Assembly: GCA_900088475.1 (NCBI GenBank)
Contig: FLMG01003436.1
Location: 62,001 to 126,000, forward strand
Length of the DNA stretch: 64,000 bases
Direction of reading: 5' to 3'
Source of the DNA: Hyphochytrium catenoides
Lineage: Eukaryota > Protista > Hyphochytriomycota
Below are positions 36,396 through 48,200 of this stretch, piece by piece; the stretch's first letter is position 1, and each line of letters opens with the position of its first letter. The translations under genes were made by a program, and so were the position numbers. The notes under the pieces were generated by a model. That model saw only the letters and a list, made by a program, of their open reading frames with translations, searched no databases and was not told the DNA's origin.

Positions 36396-37951
36396 GCTCC
36401 TTCCTATTCTCTCTCCCTTCTCTGTCTCTTGATCCACCGCTCTGTCTCTCGTGTCTCATTACGATCACGGTCTACACAATAGTCACTCTTTTATCTCTCT
36501 TCTACTCTGTCTCACTACCTCTTCTGTCTCTTTATTCGTTCTGAAGCTTTCCACTTGTAGTTGGTGTCCCTATTATTCTCCTTGCTCTACTTAAGCACCA
36601 TAATCAAGGTATAAGCCCATTCTCCTCGCAGTAGTAATGTTTCGCCTTGGTCTAAATGTTCAAACTAGAAGGCCGTTAGCCGCTCTCATAAGTGGAGGCC
36701 TTCCATTCTTCCATTGCTGAGAACTTCTGCTTGCTGTTACAAGCACAATATTTTGGATAGAGTCTTTCAGTATCGATCATACGCAGCTCTTCCCTTCTTT
36801 CATTCCTGATACGGGCCCGCCAACAGTAGTGTGTACACCCTAGATAAAAAGCTCTAGTGATCACCGCCGCCTAACAATGTGAATGAGAGGGTTTGTGAAG
36901 CTTCCGCAGACAGCCTGTCAAGGGAGCTGTCAAGCAGCTGCCGGTCTCGGCCCGGGAAGCATTGATAGAACTAGCGATCGCTGAGGAAAATCTGGTCGCG
37001 TCGCTGTCGGACTCTTCAGACTAGGAGGACTTCACTCAGTGTCATCAGCAGACTCTTTAGGACTAGCACTACGACTAGGAGGACGTACACAATTGTGTCA
37101 CCAGGGCAAGCTAAACTAAGGTTGAGCAGGAGTAGCAGGAGCACTTCAACCAAGTGTCATTAGGTGTCTGAGCTAGCATGGGTAGAGGTTTCCGCTGTCT
37201 GAGCTATCGTGACGTTGTCACTCAGAACCCAGGTCGGCAGTTAGACAATCAGCTGAGCCAACAGCACGTAGAAGGAAGTCACAGAAGGTGTCAACGTCGC
37301 AACGCCATTTGCTTGGAACTTCTTGAGCCTGCGGTAGAAATGGCTTTAAATGTGAGTTTAGGCAAGATGCTATTATTCTTTGGTCACAGTGCGGATACAT
37401 CTCACATTCAGCTTTCAAATGCTGTTTCATAGGACTTGAGGCAAGAACAAGCGGCCATTATAGAACTGTCAGAGCGAGTCGCAAGGGAATCGCAGACGAA
37501 TGAAGAGTGCAGGGACAGCGATAATGACAACTCGTCTTCGAGCATTCCTCCTTAAAGACGAGAAGATTATTTGCCAACTCTCATCGACCCATTAATCCTG
37601 CCATTGTAATCTTGACTCCAAAGGAGCTCTCCAACAGCACAGGCAACAAAATATTAAGACAGAGGATGGAAGATCTCATCGGATGTTTCTCCAACGGAGC
37701 GGCAAGAATCTTTTAAGTTATTTCCGATAAGTAGGGAAGTCAGAAGACTTCACTGCGCTAGAGGACCTCCCCGACTAACTACGAGCTCTAACCTCTTAGG
37801 AAGAAGTGGAGCAATAAATACGTTCAATGTTACAAGATGGTCGCTGGCTCAACGAACCAACGAGCCTTAAATACTTGTGTGAGGTGTAGGAGTGTGGACA
37901 GCTGAAGGCTGATCTGAGATTCGTAAGCTCAGCCTCTGGCCAGGCATTAGG

Positions 37952-39174
37952 CTAGTTGCCCAGAAGGTCATAGTCATCCAGCTTATCGTTGTACTTCATA
38001 ATAGTGCGCTTGATCTTGGAGCCATCAACCCAGGTCAAAAAGTCTTCCATCGACCGCGTTACCAGCATCGCTGGATCTGTAACATGATTTGGACCAATCT
38101 GTGTATTGTGGTGAATAAGCGTCAGCATTTGGCTGATTGTAGAGTCCAGCCAGTGAACATAGAGAGAGAGGGAGTGCGAACTATTGATATAAAAGGACAT
38201 GCCGGTGCGAATACAAGTGGAATTGGTTCAGGACGGAGCAAGTTGCGAGCACGAAGTCGGTTTACGTACAGGGCAAGTCAAGGTATGTGAGAGTAATAGT
38301 GATGGACTAAAAGGTTGACGACACGAGCAAAAGGAAGGAAGAGAAGTCAAATCTGAGGTAAGAGCACGGGTACAGCAGAATCTGGCAATCAAGTACTGAA
38401 GTCAGCAGTGGAGAACATTACCCGAACATGTCCCTGCTCCACAAGAGTCACCGCCTCCTTCAAAGTCTCTGCCATCTTGAGTCGTACCATCACTACCGGC
38501 AACCGCCGCCGGCAAAAGGAAGAAACGTTCAGCGTCTCCGCCTTCTGTAACTTCTTAGTGGTGATGAGGCCCATATCGTAGAGCTTGTCCAATAGCTGGT
38601 CCGTTAGCTTTATCCGGAACTGGTCATCAGACTTCATTTTTCGTAAGCGAGCCACCAGCTTATGTATGTGTCCTACCAGCTTGTTATACCTAAAGACATA
38701 CAATGATGAGTCATGCGAGGATAAGTCGCTTTGTGATGCAAAACGGATAAAGGAATACGAAATAGAGGGTGGACAAGGGAGGAACTGTGCCAGGCGACAG
38801 GTCAACAATGACATAGGGGGTCATGGTTGGTTGTTATCCTGACTTGATGATAGACACCATTATCGCGGTACCGTGACACCAGCTTACAATCAATCTGTCG
38901 CCCACTTTGGAGCTTCAAATGTAACCTAGTAACGCCTATAGTGCCGCAAAGCAAAAACCCAGCATTGACGAAGGGCAAGAATAAAAGCCATGACTCAGAA
39001 AGAGTGAAGAGGATGAAACTAAATCCCTTGCACTCACTTGTGATAGTCATCTCGATCCTGAAGGTGATAACGCCGGATGACGGCAATCTCCCTAAGGTTC
39101 TGATCAGATTTCCAGTCAAGGAAATCGACCTTCCTAAGCAACTTCTGCTCATGGTACTTGAGCTTCCTAACCAT
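37952..39174 (-). CDS. IMP3: U3 snoRNP protein IMP3 (S4-like), 3 exons
   Basis: [34 protein letters not shown]|[33 protein letters not shown]|[37 protein letters not shown]. Confidence 0.97.
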
Positions 39175-39701
39175 GATTTGCGATGACTTGAATCTATCTT
39201 TGAGCCTTACGCTTCCACGAAGGAACGCCCGCTTCCTCCAGAGCCGCACGGGACAGCGGAGCTTCAAAAGTGAAGGGCTCCATTCTTGCTGCAGTGCGAC
39301 AGCAAAGATTTGACTGGAGCGGTGCAGCCAACAATAACTGGCGCTAAGGAGAGTTCTTATATGTAATAAGCCTTATTCAGTCTGAGTCTTTGAAGTAATA
39401 TAACTGCATTTATGCGGAATATGGAGCTAGTGACGGAAGCTGCAAACGGCCAGCAGCCATCAGAAACCTCTCGGTTCTGATCTGGCCATTTCTGCAGCTT
39501 CCCAAACTTCATCTCTCGACGGAAGGCAATGACATGGATCAATGGCGATGGCATGCCAGCGAAGCGGCTCAAACGCATTGACAGAGCGATTGCACTTGAA
39601 CTAAGTTCTCTCCGGAAAGCATCATTGGTCTGTTCTTCGCGGGAGAGCTAGCAGATCACCGGAACGCTTTGTTGAGGGGCTGTGAATCCTGAAGCTTACA
39701 G

Positions 39702-42080
39702 GCACCCATGCTGAGGTCTCTGAGAACCACCTAATCTACTATCGCCATGTGTTAGTTTAACTCCTCGCGCCAGCCTGAACGATCTAACTTCTGTGCTGCT
39801 CTGCTGCTCGTCCGCTCTTCGCCACAGTAATCAAGAGTATGATCAGCGTTGTGCTGATGCCCTGGCTAAGTCAGAGGAGCGGCTGATAAAGTACGCGGTA
39901 GGTCTAATGTCGTCGCAGGGCAGTGTACCGACCTTACGCTGTCCTTACTTTTCCATTTATGTTCGGGCTTCTCCGACGCGATTATTGGGGCTCTCGAGAT
40001 AGAAACTTGTGGGAGGAGACCTAAAGCAGCCCGATATTCAATGCTTTAACTGCAATAGTACAAGCAGCCTTCAGGTAATCGCAGCTAAATATATCTCACT
40101 AGAAGCATCACTATAGCTACTTCACTGTGCACCACTACCGTCTCGTGCTCCTTGTATTGTATGGTCTTCCAAGGCAGCCTCTTGGGTTACACTCGCTCTC
40201 CGTAAAGCTTTCCTCTTCCCTCTACTTGGCTGCTGCAAAACCTATATTGCTCAATTTTCCTATAACGTCTACTATTGTCCCTGCAAGCTTATCTTCTCTT
40301 GGGGCTTTTGTAACGTTTGGTTAGCTTTGCTCCCGATGTAGGACAGTCAAATTTTGTTCCAGGCCGTGTCAGTTGGGGGCTTGGCCGACCCATAAGCAGC
40401 ATTGCTCCAGCATAGCAGCAGTTCTAGCGGGCTTTAAAAGGAGGGAAGCGCTGGCTAATGCAGCGAGAGATGAAAAAGAGAGGTAGATTGTGCTCGTCGT
40501 CCTGCAATTTGCTTTAACCTTAAACTCTCTTTCTCTTGGCGACTTCACAATGGATTGCCATCTGCTGCGTTTCCCATCCGTCCTTTCCCACTACGCCGTC
40601 AGCCTGCTTGTCTCCTCTTACACTGGTTCATAGGGTACTGCGACTTACGCCATAGGACATTTCAATCGTACTCTCTCACCTATATCCTTCCGTTCTCCGT
40701 CCTCCATTATAATGACTCTTTCACGAAACAGATGCCTCAAAGAGTACCTCATAGCCCTGGGCCAACCCGCTGGGCCTACCGCTGTCGAGGCTGGTATGTT
40801 CGGTTGCATTATCTCTCGGCTTTGCGTGTACACTTACGGTCTGAATCCGCCAGGACCATCCCACTCGTTTGCCTTTAAAGTTTACTCAGCTCCCTCCTCT
40901 CGAATCCGTGGGAGCTAGATAATGGCGTACTAGTAGTTGCTCTAACTTTCACTTTGTTGTGGCTGTCTTGTTTTGGCCTCATGTATCCCTCAATCTCTAT
41001 ACCCAGGCCAACTACCAAGGGAGGCGTTGGCTATCCGAGTCCAGAGTGACGCTAAGGAGCTTCCATTTTGGTTTGTGCGGGAAAGAAAGACGGAGGTAAA
41101 CATTTAACAAGGGCCACAGGCTTGAGATATCTTATGTCTCAGTGTGTGGCTAACTGCTTAGCAAGCTTGAGGCGCTCTCTAGGTTTTTTGTCTCTTACTC
41201 TTCTTGTACTTGATGCTCAGCTCGTAAAGAAGGAGGCACAGAGCCAGAGACTAAAAGCACTGGAGCTTTATGGCCTTCTGTTGGATGAGACTGCCTGGTA
41301 AGCCAGATATTGGCTTGAGATCCCTCTAGCTTGCTCAAATCAATGTAGACGATAGCAATCTTGGCTGCACTGGTTTCCTTTTTTTTTGTCCGCTCATCCA
41401 ATGCATTGTAGACAAGCTAATGTCCTCTCTCCGGCTAGGGAGCATGACAGCCAAAGTTTTCCGAAGTCATATTACACCTTTGCGGCGGTAATTAACGCAA
41501 TCCCGCCGTTGGCTCTATCTCTCTTAAGGCTAACCTAAGTCTGCTGCTTTCTCTGGGTATCGAAAGGTCCTTCGACAGGCCCCTCTAGAGGGGAAAGATC
41601 TGGTAGAGACCTTCCTCTCTATGCAAGGACATAAGACTCTTCTTTCCATTTGGCTTCAGGATCCACAGCCTGCCAGTAAGTGAGCAACATTGGAGTTTCT
41701 GTGATCTGACCCTCAACAAAGAGTGCTCGAGGCCACCCCATTGCGCTGGGTAGCCGTTTGTTAACTCTCCGCTGGCCTTTTATGAGCTCTCCCCTTCTGA
41801 CAGACTACGATACTTCCCTCAATCTAGACCCGTCAGCGCATGACTAACTCTATCATCAGGTGTCCAAACTCTTCCTTTGGAGGAAAGGGACCTCTTGGCT
41901 ATCATAGACTCGCTCCTCCAGATCAGGTTCAAAGCCTATCTCTAAAGTGGACCCAATAGGCGGTGGAAATCGCTAACGTCAATCCTCCTGCTGTCTAGGC
42001 ACGTTCGCTACGCTATCGATGCCTTCATGGATCAGTTGCACAGTGAAGATTATAGCGCAACCCTGACCCAGGAGAGCTAA
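39702..42080 (+). CDS. MYND-type zinc finger protein, multi-exon (start uncertain, about 39.5-39.7 kb)
   Basis: Spliced CFNCNSTSSLQ|LCSRCRTVKFCSRPCQLGAWPTHKQHC is a complete MYND finger; downstream exons join in frame to ..DYSATLTQES-stop at 42080. Confidence 0.8.
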
Positions 42081-42249
42081 ACATCGGACATTCCACGCAA
42101 AGCTCCTATCGTCGAGAGCAGTCTACTAGCTCTTTGCATCACGCTCTACCTCTTCTATGGCCGAGAACAAGCTGATGGTTCGGAACATTCCTTTTACCTT
42201 CAACGTCCCTCGGGATATTTATTTAGTTGACATGTACTAAGGCTTGTAC

Positions 42250-45200
42250 CTAGTTGAAGTCAGCCAGTTCAGGGGAAAGAGTAAAGTTTTCTCTCAGATC
42301 CTTGGAGAGCGTCTCAGCAAGTCTGGTCCCTTCAACTCTGAGCTCCTTCTGCAAAGCGGCGATCAGAAGAGCGTAGCTTGCTTGCTTGTTATGGACTAGG
42401 GCATCGAAAAGTGGCTGCGTACATGATTGGGGAAGAACACAAGTGAGAAGGTTCCATACTGTCTAGGAACGCTGAGACCCCAACAGCCGCGATACTGACA
42501 GCAGAATGCGGTTATACCCAGCAGGCTGAGTGTCCAAGGTAGGAAATGATAAACCAACAGATAGCAAGAATAGGTGGAAGAAAGATGAAGAGGAATTTTG
42601 ACCTAGCCATAAACGTGTTACCGAAGAGTATATACTAGTCCTCTACGTAAACAGCATCTAATAATCACGAGGACCATCACCAATTATAAGCACAGAGTGG
42701 ACAAGCCAAACTTCAAGATACCTTCTTGTTTTCCATTAGTCTGCCAATAAACTCTGCATCTCTCCACCTCCCTACCGATGTACATCTCTTGAAGAGAGCG
42801 TCAAGGGACTCGGAGAGCCCCTCCACTTGCAGATACAAAGCGCACCGGGCAGGGAGAGAGATCTATTCGCAGTAGCGTCATGTCAAGGAAATAATGTGCG
42901 TAGAGCAGAAGAGTGAATGGCCAAGTGGCAGGTTACGTAATGTGAAAGTCCGCGCCAAAAGGGAACAATGTCAGCATCCAAAAGCAACTGATGGAGTTGC
43001 TCGAGATGGTATTCAGAGGAGAAGGCAGAGCGAAGACTGTCTTAAGCGCAACGGAGATTCAGACCTGATAGCTCTGCTGTGGTTCCGCTGGGACAAAGAT
43101 CGCGTCTGACTCGATCAGTTGCAGGACTACGGGTGTTAGCTTGTGCTAGCCGCAGCAGAATATAAGGTTAGAAAGAGAAAATGGGAAGATGAAGGCTCCT
43201 GCAATTGTTTCGGTCTTATATGTGCAATCTTGGATAGAGAATAGAAGCGAGAGTCAGAGACCGAGACGCTACCGACCTCCTAGAAAGAAAGTGAAATCGC
43301 AGGGTTGACAAACGAGCACGGAGAAGTAAAAGGTGCACTAACTCTCTCTTATATTCTCCCTTACTGGCCTACCTTGATAGCGATATCAAGCTTGAGTTCA
43401 GCAGAGAGGCCCACAAGTGCCAATGCTTCCGACACGTGGCCCTCACTCTGCAGTCATGTAGGAGATGGGTAACGAAAAAATTGAGTCAGTTCCAATAAAG
43501 AAATAGAGAGTAAGTGAAGTTAGTGTTGAGGGTATCGTATCCCTTTTCTGTCAACTTCACGCCGCAGAAGGAGAGGCGACGCGCAAGGGAAAGTAGATAA
43601 GAGTTTGGAAGGCATGTGACCTTACCACCAGGAAGTGAGCAAGAGCGTCGTGTTGAGGGGGTTCAATGGCTGGAATAAACGTAAGAGCCTTTGAGATTTG
43701 CCCACCATGAGTTAGGAGGTAGAACCGCAGGAGAGAGGACTCGATACGGATAGCATGCAATCTGTCCGTAAGGGAGAAAAGAGGTACCGAGCCTTGCATT
43801 AGCCGTGTGTAAGGTCATAGAGGCAGAAATAGAGAAAGAAGTAAGCAAACGGCCTGAATAGCACGAACTACTTCGAGAGCCCCTTGTATTGCTAGACCGA
43901 GACACAATGTCAGGAGCAAGACAACCACCACTTGGCGTGACCCATCGGATCTCGTAGATAGCCATAAGTCAGAAAGTTAACGGGAGCGAGGAAAGTGATT
44001 TATATGGAAGGCAGGTGCTCACTTCTGCGCAGCGTCGAGCATAACCAGGGCACCTTCCATGACACCAAGAAGGGTAACCTTCCCGAGCGGCTTTTTCTGT
44101 TCTCAGATGGGGAACGCGGAGAGAGATAACAGGGAAAGGCAGTGTCAGAACACAAAGGTCAGGGCGAGAGGGATATTAACATAACCGCCATATAGCCGAG
44201 GCAAGATTTACCTGTATGTTAATCGCGCTAGATCGTCTCCCTTTCTGTACATTATCTTTATTCTCCTCTGCATCGTGATAGACCGACGCCAGGAGAAGAC
44301 TCTTGTGGGTGTCGGAGCTCACCATTGAGACCCAGATCTGCAAGGTGAAAGTGAAGCCTAAGAACAATGGTCCGTCTAGGGTACAATCTCCTTTCACGTG
44401 ATTTGCCGTACCTCGCTCTCCGTAGCGTAGAATAGGGATTTATTGGCCCATGTGCTGGAAATGACAGGACTTGAAGCGGTGAGATGTGCGTTCAGTCGCA
44501 TTCTTCTGCAGTGGCTCTTGTCTCTTGCACTCTCTTTTTGCTCATCACCGTCAGGTCTAGCCACCCTCCCTCCTCCGTCTGCATCCTTTCTTTCGTCAGA
44601 TGACAGAATGAAAATTGACTTTCCTCGGACTAAGGACACGACAAAGGCGCTAGGATCCCAGCTGAGAAAATCGCACGCTGGCAGAGAAGTTCCGGCCTTA
44701 ATCAGAAAGAGGGACAGAAAAGTAAGAAATGAGCCTGAGGACACTTAAAATGGCTCGGCGGGGTATCATGACTTAGAAGGTAGCGTAATGTGGGACTGAG
44801 AAATAGGGAGGTGCGTTGGACTAGATGACTGGGACATCGAAAGTCAGTGTTCAAAGAGTTTAAGCAGCGTAACTTCAACACTGAAGGGGAACTAAATACG
44901 GAAGGTAGTGCCTGCATGAGGGCACTGCAAACGTAAAGGCGAAATGAAGAGGTAATAGTTGAAGGCAGAAGCTACCTCGGAATGAACTGTTCCTTTCCCC
45001 CCCTCATCCCAGCGATAGAATTGGAGGAAACTGCCTGGGCGCTGTTCCGCCGGAAGGATTGAGGTTCGCGTCAAAAGCGACATATCAACCACTTTGCAGA
45101 TGGAGCTTGAAGCAGCCGTTGGAGAGAGAGGAGACTGGGTGGTCATTCCACCTCCTCCTCCAGTGACGGTAGGTATTATCTTCGCCTCTCCTCCTAATTT

Positions 45201-48200
45201 GCCCTCCAGGCAAAAGGAGCACGCCAGCAGATGGCCCCCATATAGCCGGAGAGGGAAAGTTCCAGGAGGTATAGAACAATTTGAGACCTATCGGAGAAGA
45301 GAAGAGCATGAGAGAGAGAGATTGCCGTCTAAGAAGACTGCCACAGAGTCCATCTGAAGCAAGGAGCTGATAGAAATCAGGAGCGGTTACAGTGGAGTGA
45401 AGTTCCTCACCGCTGGTGCCACTCCTTCAGCCTGCAAGGTGTGAACCGAGAGAGAAAGGCTCACATCGGAGGCTATCGCCTCGACCTCCTTCTTGGACTT
45501 TCCTTTCTTAAGAGGCTTTCCCTCTTCTTTTACGGTGGGTTTAACCTAAAGGAAGGAGCAAATATGGGGACCCACCAAGAGGCATCTTGGTAAGGAGTAG
45601 GTTTTATATACATAGACTGCAAAAAGCTGGTGATGACTGTTGGGAAGAGGCTGCGCTTTCACTGAATCATTAACTGGAACCAGTACTTTGTTAAGACTAA
45701 GATTAAGAAGCTTCTGCGGGAACCACAAGCAAAAAGCTTGTAGGATCGGAGCGCTTATTTTCACGAGAAGGGGAGTCACTCAGCCCAGCAAAGGAGAGGT
45801 AGTAGAGATGAGATGCAGGAAGATAAATACCTCTATGACTGCGTAAGCGTGGCCAGATGGAGACCATGCAAAGGAAGTTGCGTGGCCGGACGTCACCTGA
45901 CCTCGACACGACAGAGAGTGTAAACGAACCACCCCAGGAAGCGTAGAAGGGATAAGTGGCGAATGAGAAAACCCTTGACCACCAAGGTCAGCAGAGGCTG
46001 TTAGAACTAAGCTGTAGTCCTACCACGGATGTATGATTTGACTTCTCCAGAAGGCTAAGAACCTATGGGGACGTCCCGTTACAATGGTTGCCAGAAAGAT
46101 AACACACCAAGGCATAGTTCCCGACAAAGATGTGCCGATCACTGAACCGAATATGAGTTGTGATGGGAACAGACGAAGATGGGTGGCTCTAATACTGAAA
46201 ATAGGCGAACTGGAACGTGAATTGAAGCAAGGGAAGAGTGAGACCACAGAGAGCGAAACGGAGGAGGCTTACAGACCTCGTATCTATGGGCTTCGGGATA
46301 AAATATGGCGATATGCTTGCCAGATGGACTGATCAGGAGCTCTGACGTACCCTCGGAAGGGGGTGCCCAAGTCTCTTCTGCCTTCTTGCCTTTTCCTAAC
46401 CCCTCAAACCCGCTGCTGAAAACCGGTCAAAGGTAGCAAGGCGAGTGAGGGCCGTGTGTCACATGTAGGAGATACCTCCTTTTCTTAGGCCAAAAAAGCA
46501 TTCTTTCCACCTGGGGCCGCTCCTCAAAGACTCTTGGCTATTCCCCTCTAGGAGGACGTCACCGTAGTACCAAGCACCTCTTCCCTATTGACCCACCTCC
46601 AGTATTCCTCTCTCTCTATTTTGTGGTACTCTCTTGGCTCTCGCCTTGATATTTGCTCCATACATGTACTTACCTGCTCACGGCGGAGTCTGAAAGGGTA
46701 ATAGCTTGGGGTTTAGAGAGTTGTAGAGAGGCTCCAGATCGGTGGATAGCGGAGGACACTCGACGACGGATAAGAGAACCGCCTTCCAGGGAGTAGATGG
46801 ACAAAGGATCCACTCTGTTCAACAGGGTGTGGGTGTGAAGCAGTGGAAGGATTCAACAATACTATCAAAGTGAGGTAAAGGTTTGCAGAGTGCATATGAG
46901 AGACGGAACCCGCGGTGAGCTAAGAATCCGTAGACGACGCCGGAGTTCGAGAGACAAGGCGAAAGACAACAAGAAAGTCTATTTGCAATAGCCAAGGATA
47001 GTCCTCATACTTCTGATTAACAGCCACGCTTGAAGCTTGCCCTAATGGGTCGAACCTGACAACGAATAACCCTAAAGGGTACGTGAGTGGATCGACCGGG
47101 AAAGAGAGAGGAGAACAGACGCTAAAGATCAAAGTGTTCGTGGAAAAGTGAGGAAGCCCCAGGACCATCGGAAGTAAAAGACGCCACGACAAAGGGGCTC
47201 AGTTATTTGAAAGAACGACAACAGCACAGTCTGAACGAAGCCATAGTTCCAGCGCATGAAGATGCCCTGCCTGAATTAGTTCCGAGAACCACGAGCCGCC
47301 TAGAAAACACTTGTGCCACGGAATAGATCTTCAGCTTCTTCCCCAGAGACTATCCAAGTAGCTAGCTTAGTACTAGCTTGGTCCTATTTTTGCTCTGGTT
47401 CAAGTGTATCCATGCTCTCGCCACCCTGACCAATTTCTACTGAGATTTCGCTTTCTTCCGCTGACGCTACTTTCCTTCCTCTTCTCAGGCGTTTCCCCTC
47501 CGAGAAGCATATGAAGTAGGTTATCTTACCGGTCGAAAATCCTTCAGATCCAGCAATGTCACGTTGTACGCTTGCTCCGAAGGGGTTGATCCCTTCGCCT
47601 GTGTTTTGCCAAAAGAACATGTTAGAGGTATCGTCTACCTTCTTGGTCAATCTCTCTCGCTCCCTGTAAGGGCTGAAAGATGGTCTCTTTCTCTTTTTCT
47701 CTACACTATCGTCATCATAGTGAATGTATCATATGTCACATGTCCTTTCTCATTCTTACTATCTCACTCACCTTTGGTCCTCCTTGGCGTCCTGAGGTCG
47801 TGATCTCTTCGGAGTCTGAAACTCAACGACATGTAAGGACAAATGCAGAGAACAAGAAGCATAGAGCTTCCATGGCATCACTTTGATGGGATCAGATGAT
47901 GGACAAAAGGTAAACCTGATAGGAGGGCAGCATCTACAAGATCTACCTCCTGCCCAACATGGCAACATCATTTCTATTGTGGTGCCCTTGGTAACTCCAA
48001 GGAGGAGCGGAAGAGATGGAGATCGCCGGGTCAACAGTCCAAGCCAGAAGAACTTTGGACCGACACGGAGCCGGCAAGATTCGGAGACACTGGATCACAA
48101 TTCTCATGGTCAGAACCTGGATAAAGCCCTTCTGGCGCCGCTTACCATAAAAAAAGTACCGGGAAAGTAAAATGGGTAGGCTTCTGCCCAACTGGACAGC

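Noticed and set aside
37019-37163. CRISPR-like repeat-spacer array
   Set aside because: Only three highly degenerate units, eukaryotic context and no cas genes
37218-37680. Short minus-strand ORFs, one with a signal-peptide-like start (MRSSILCLNILLPVLL)
   Set aside because: Terminate early and cannot be spliced into a coherent gene
26205-39174. Apparent ribosome-biogenesis cluster (REX4, RPL30, IMP3)
   Set aside because: Interspersed with unrelated genes on both strands; compatible with chance
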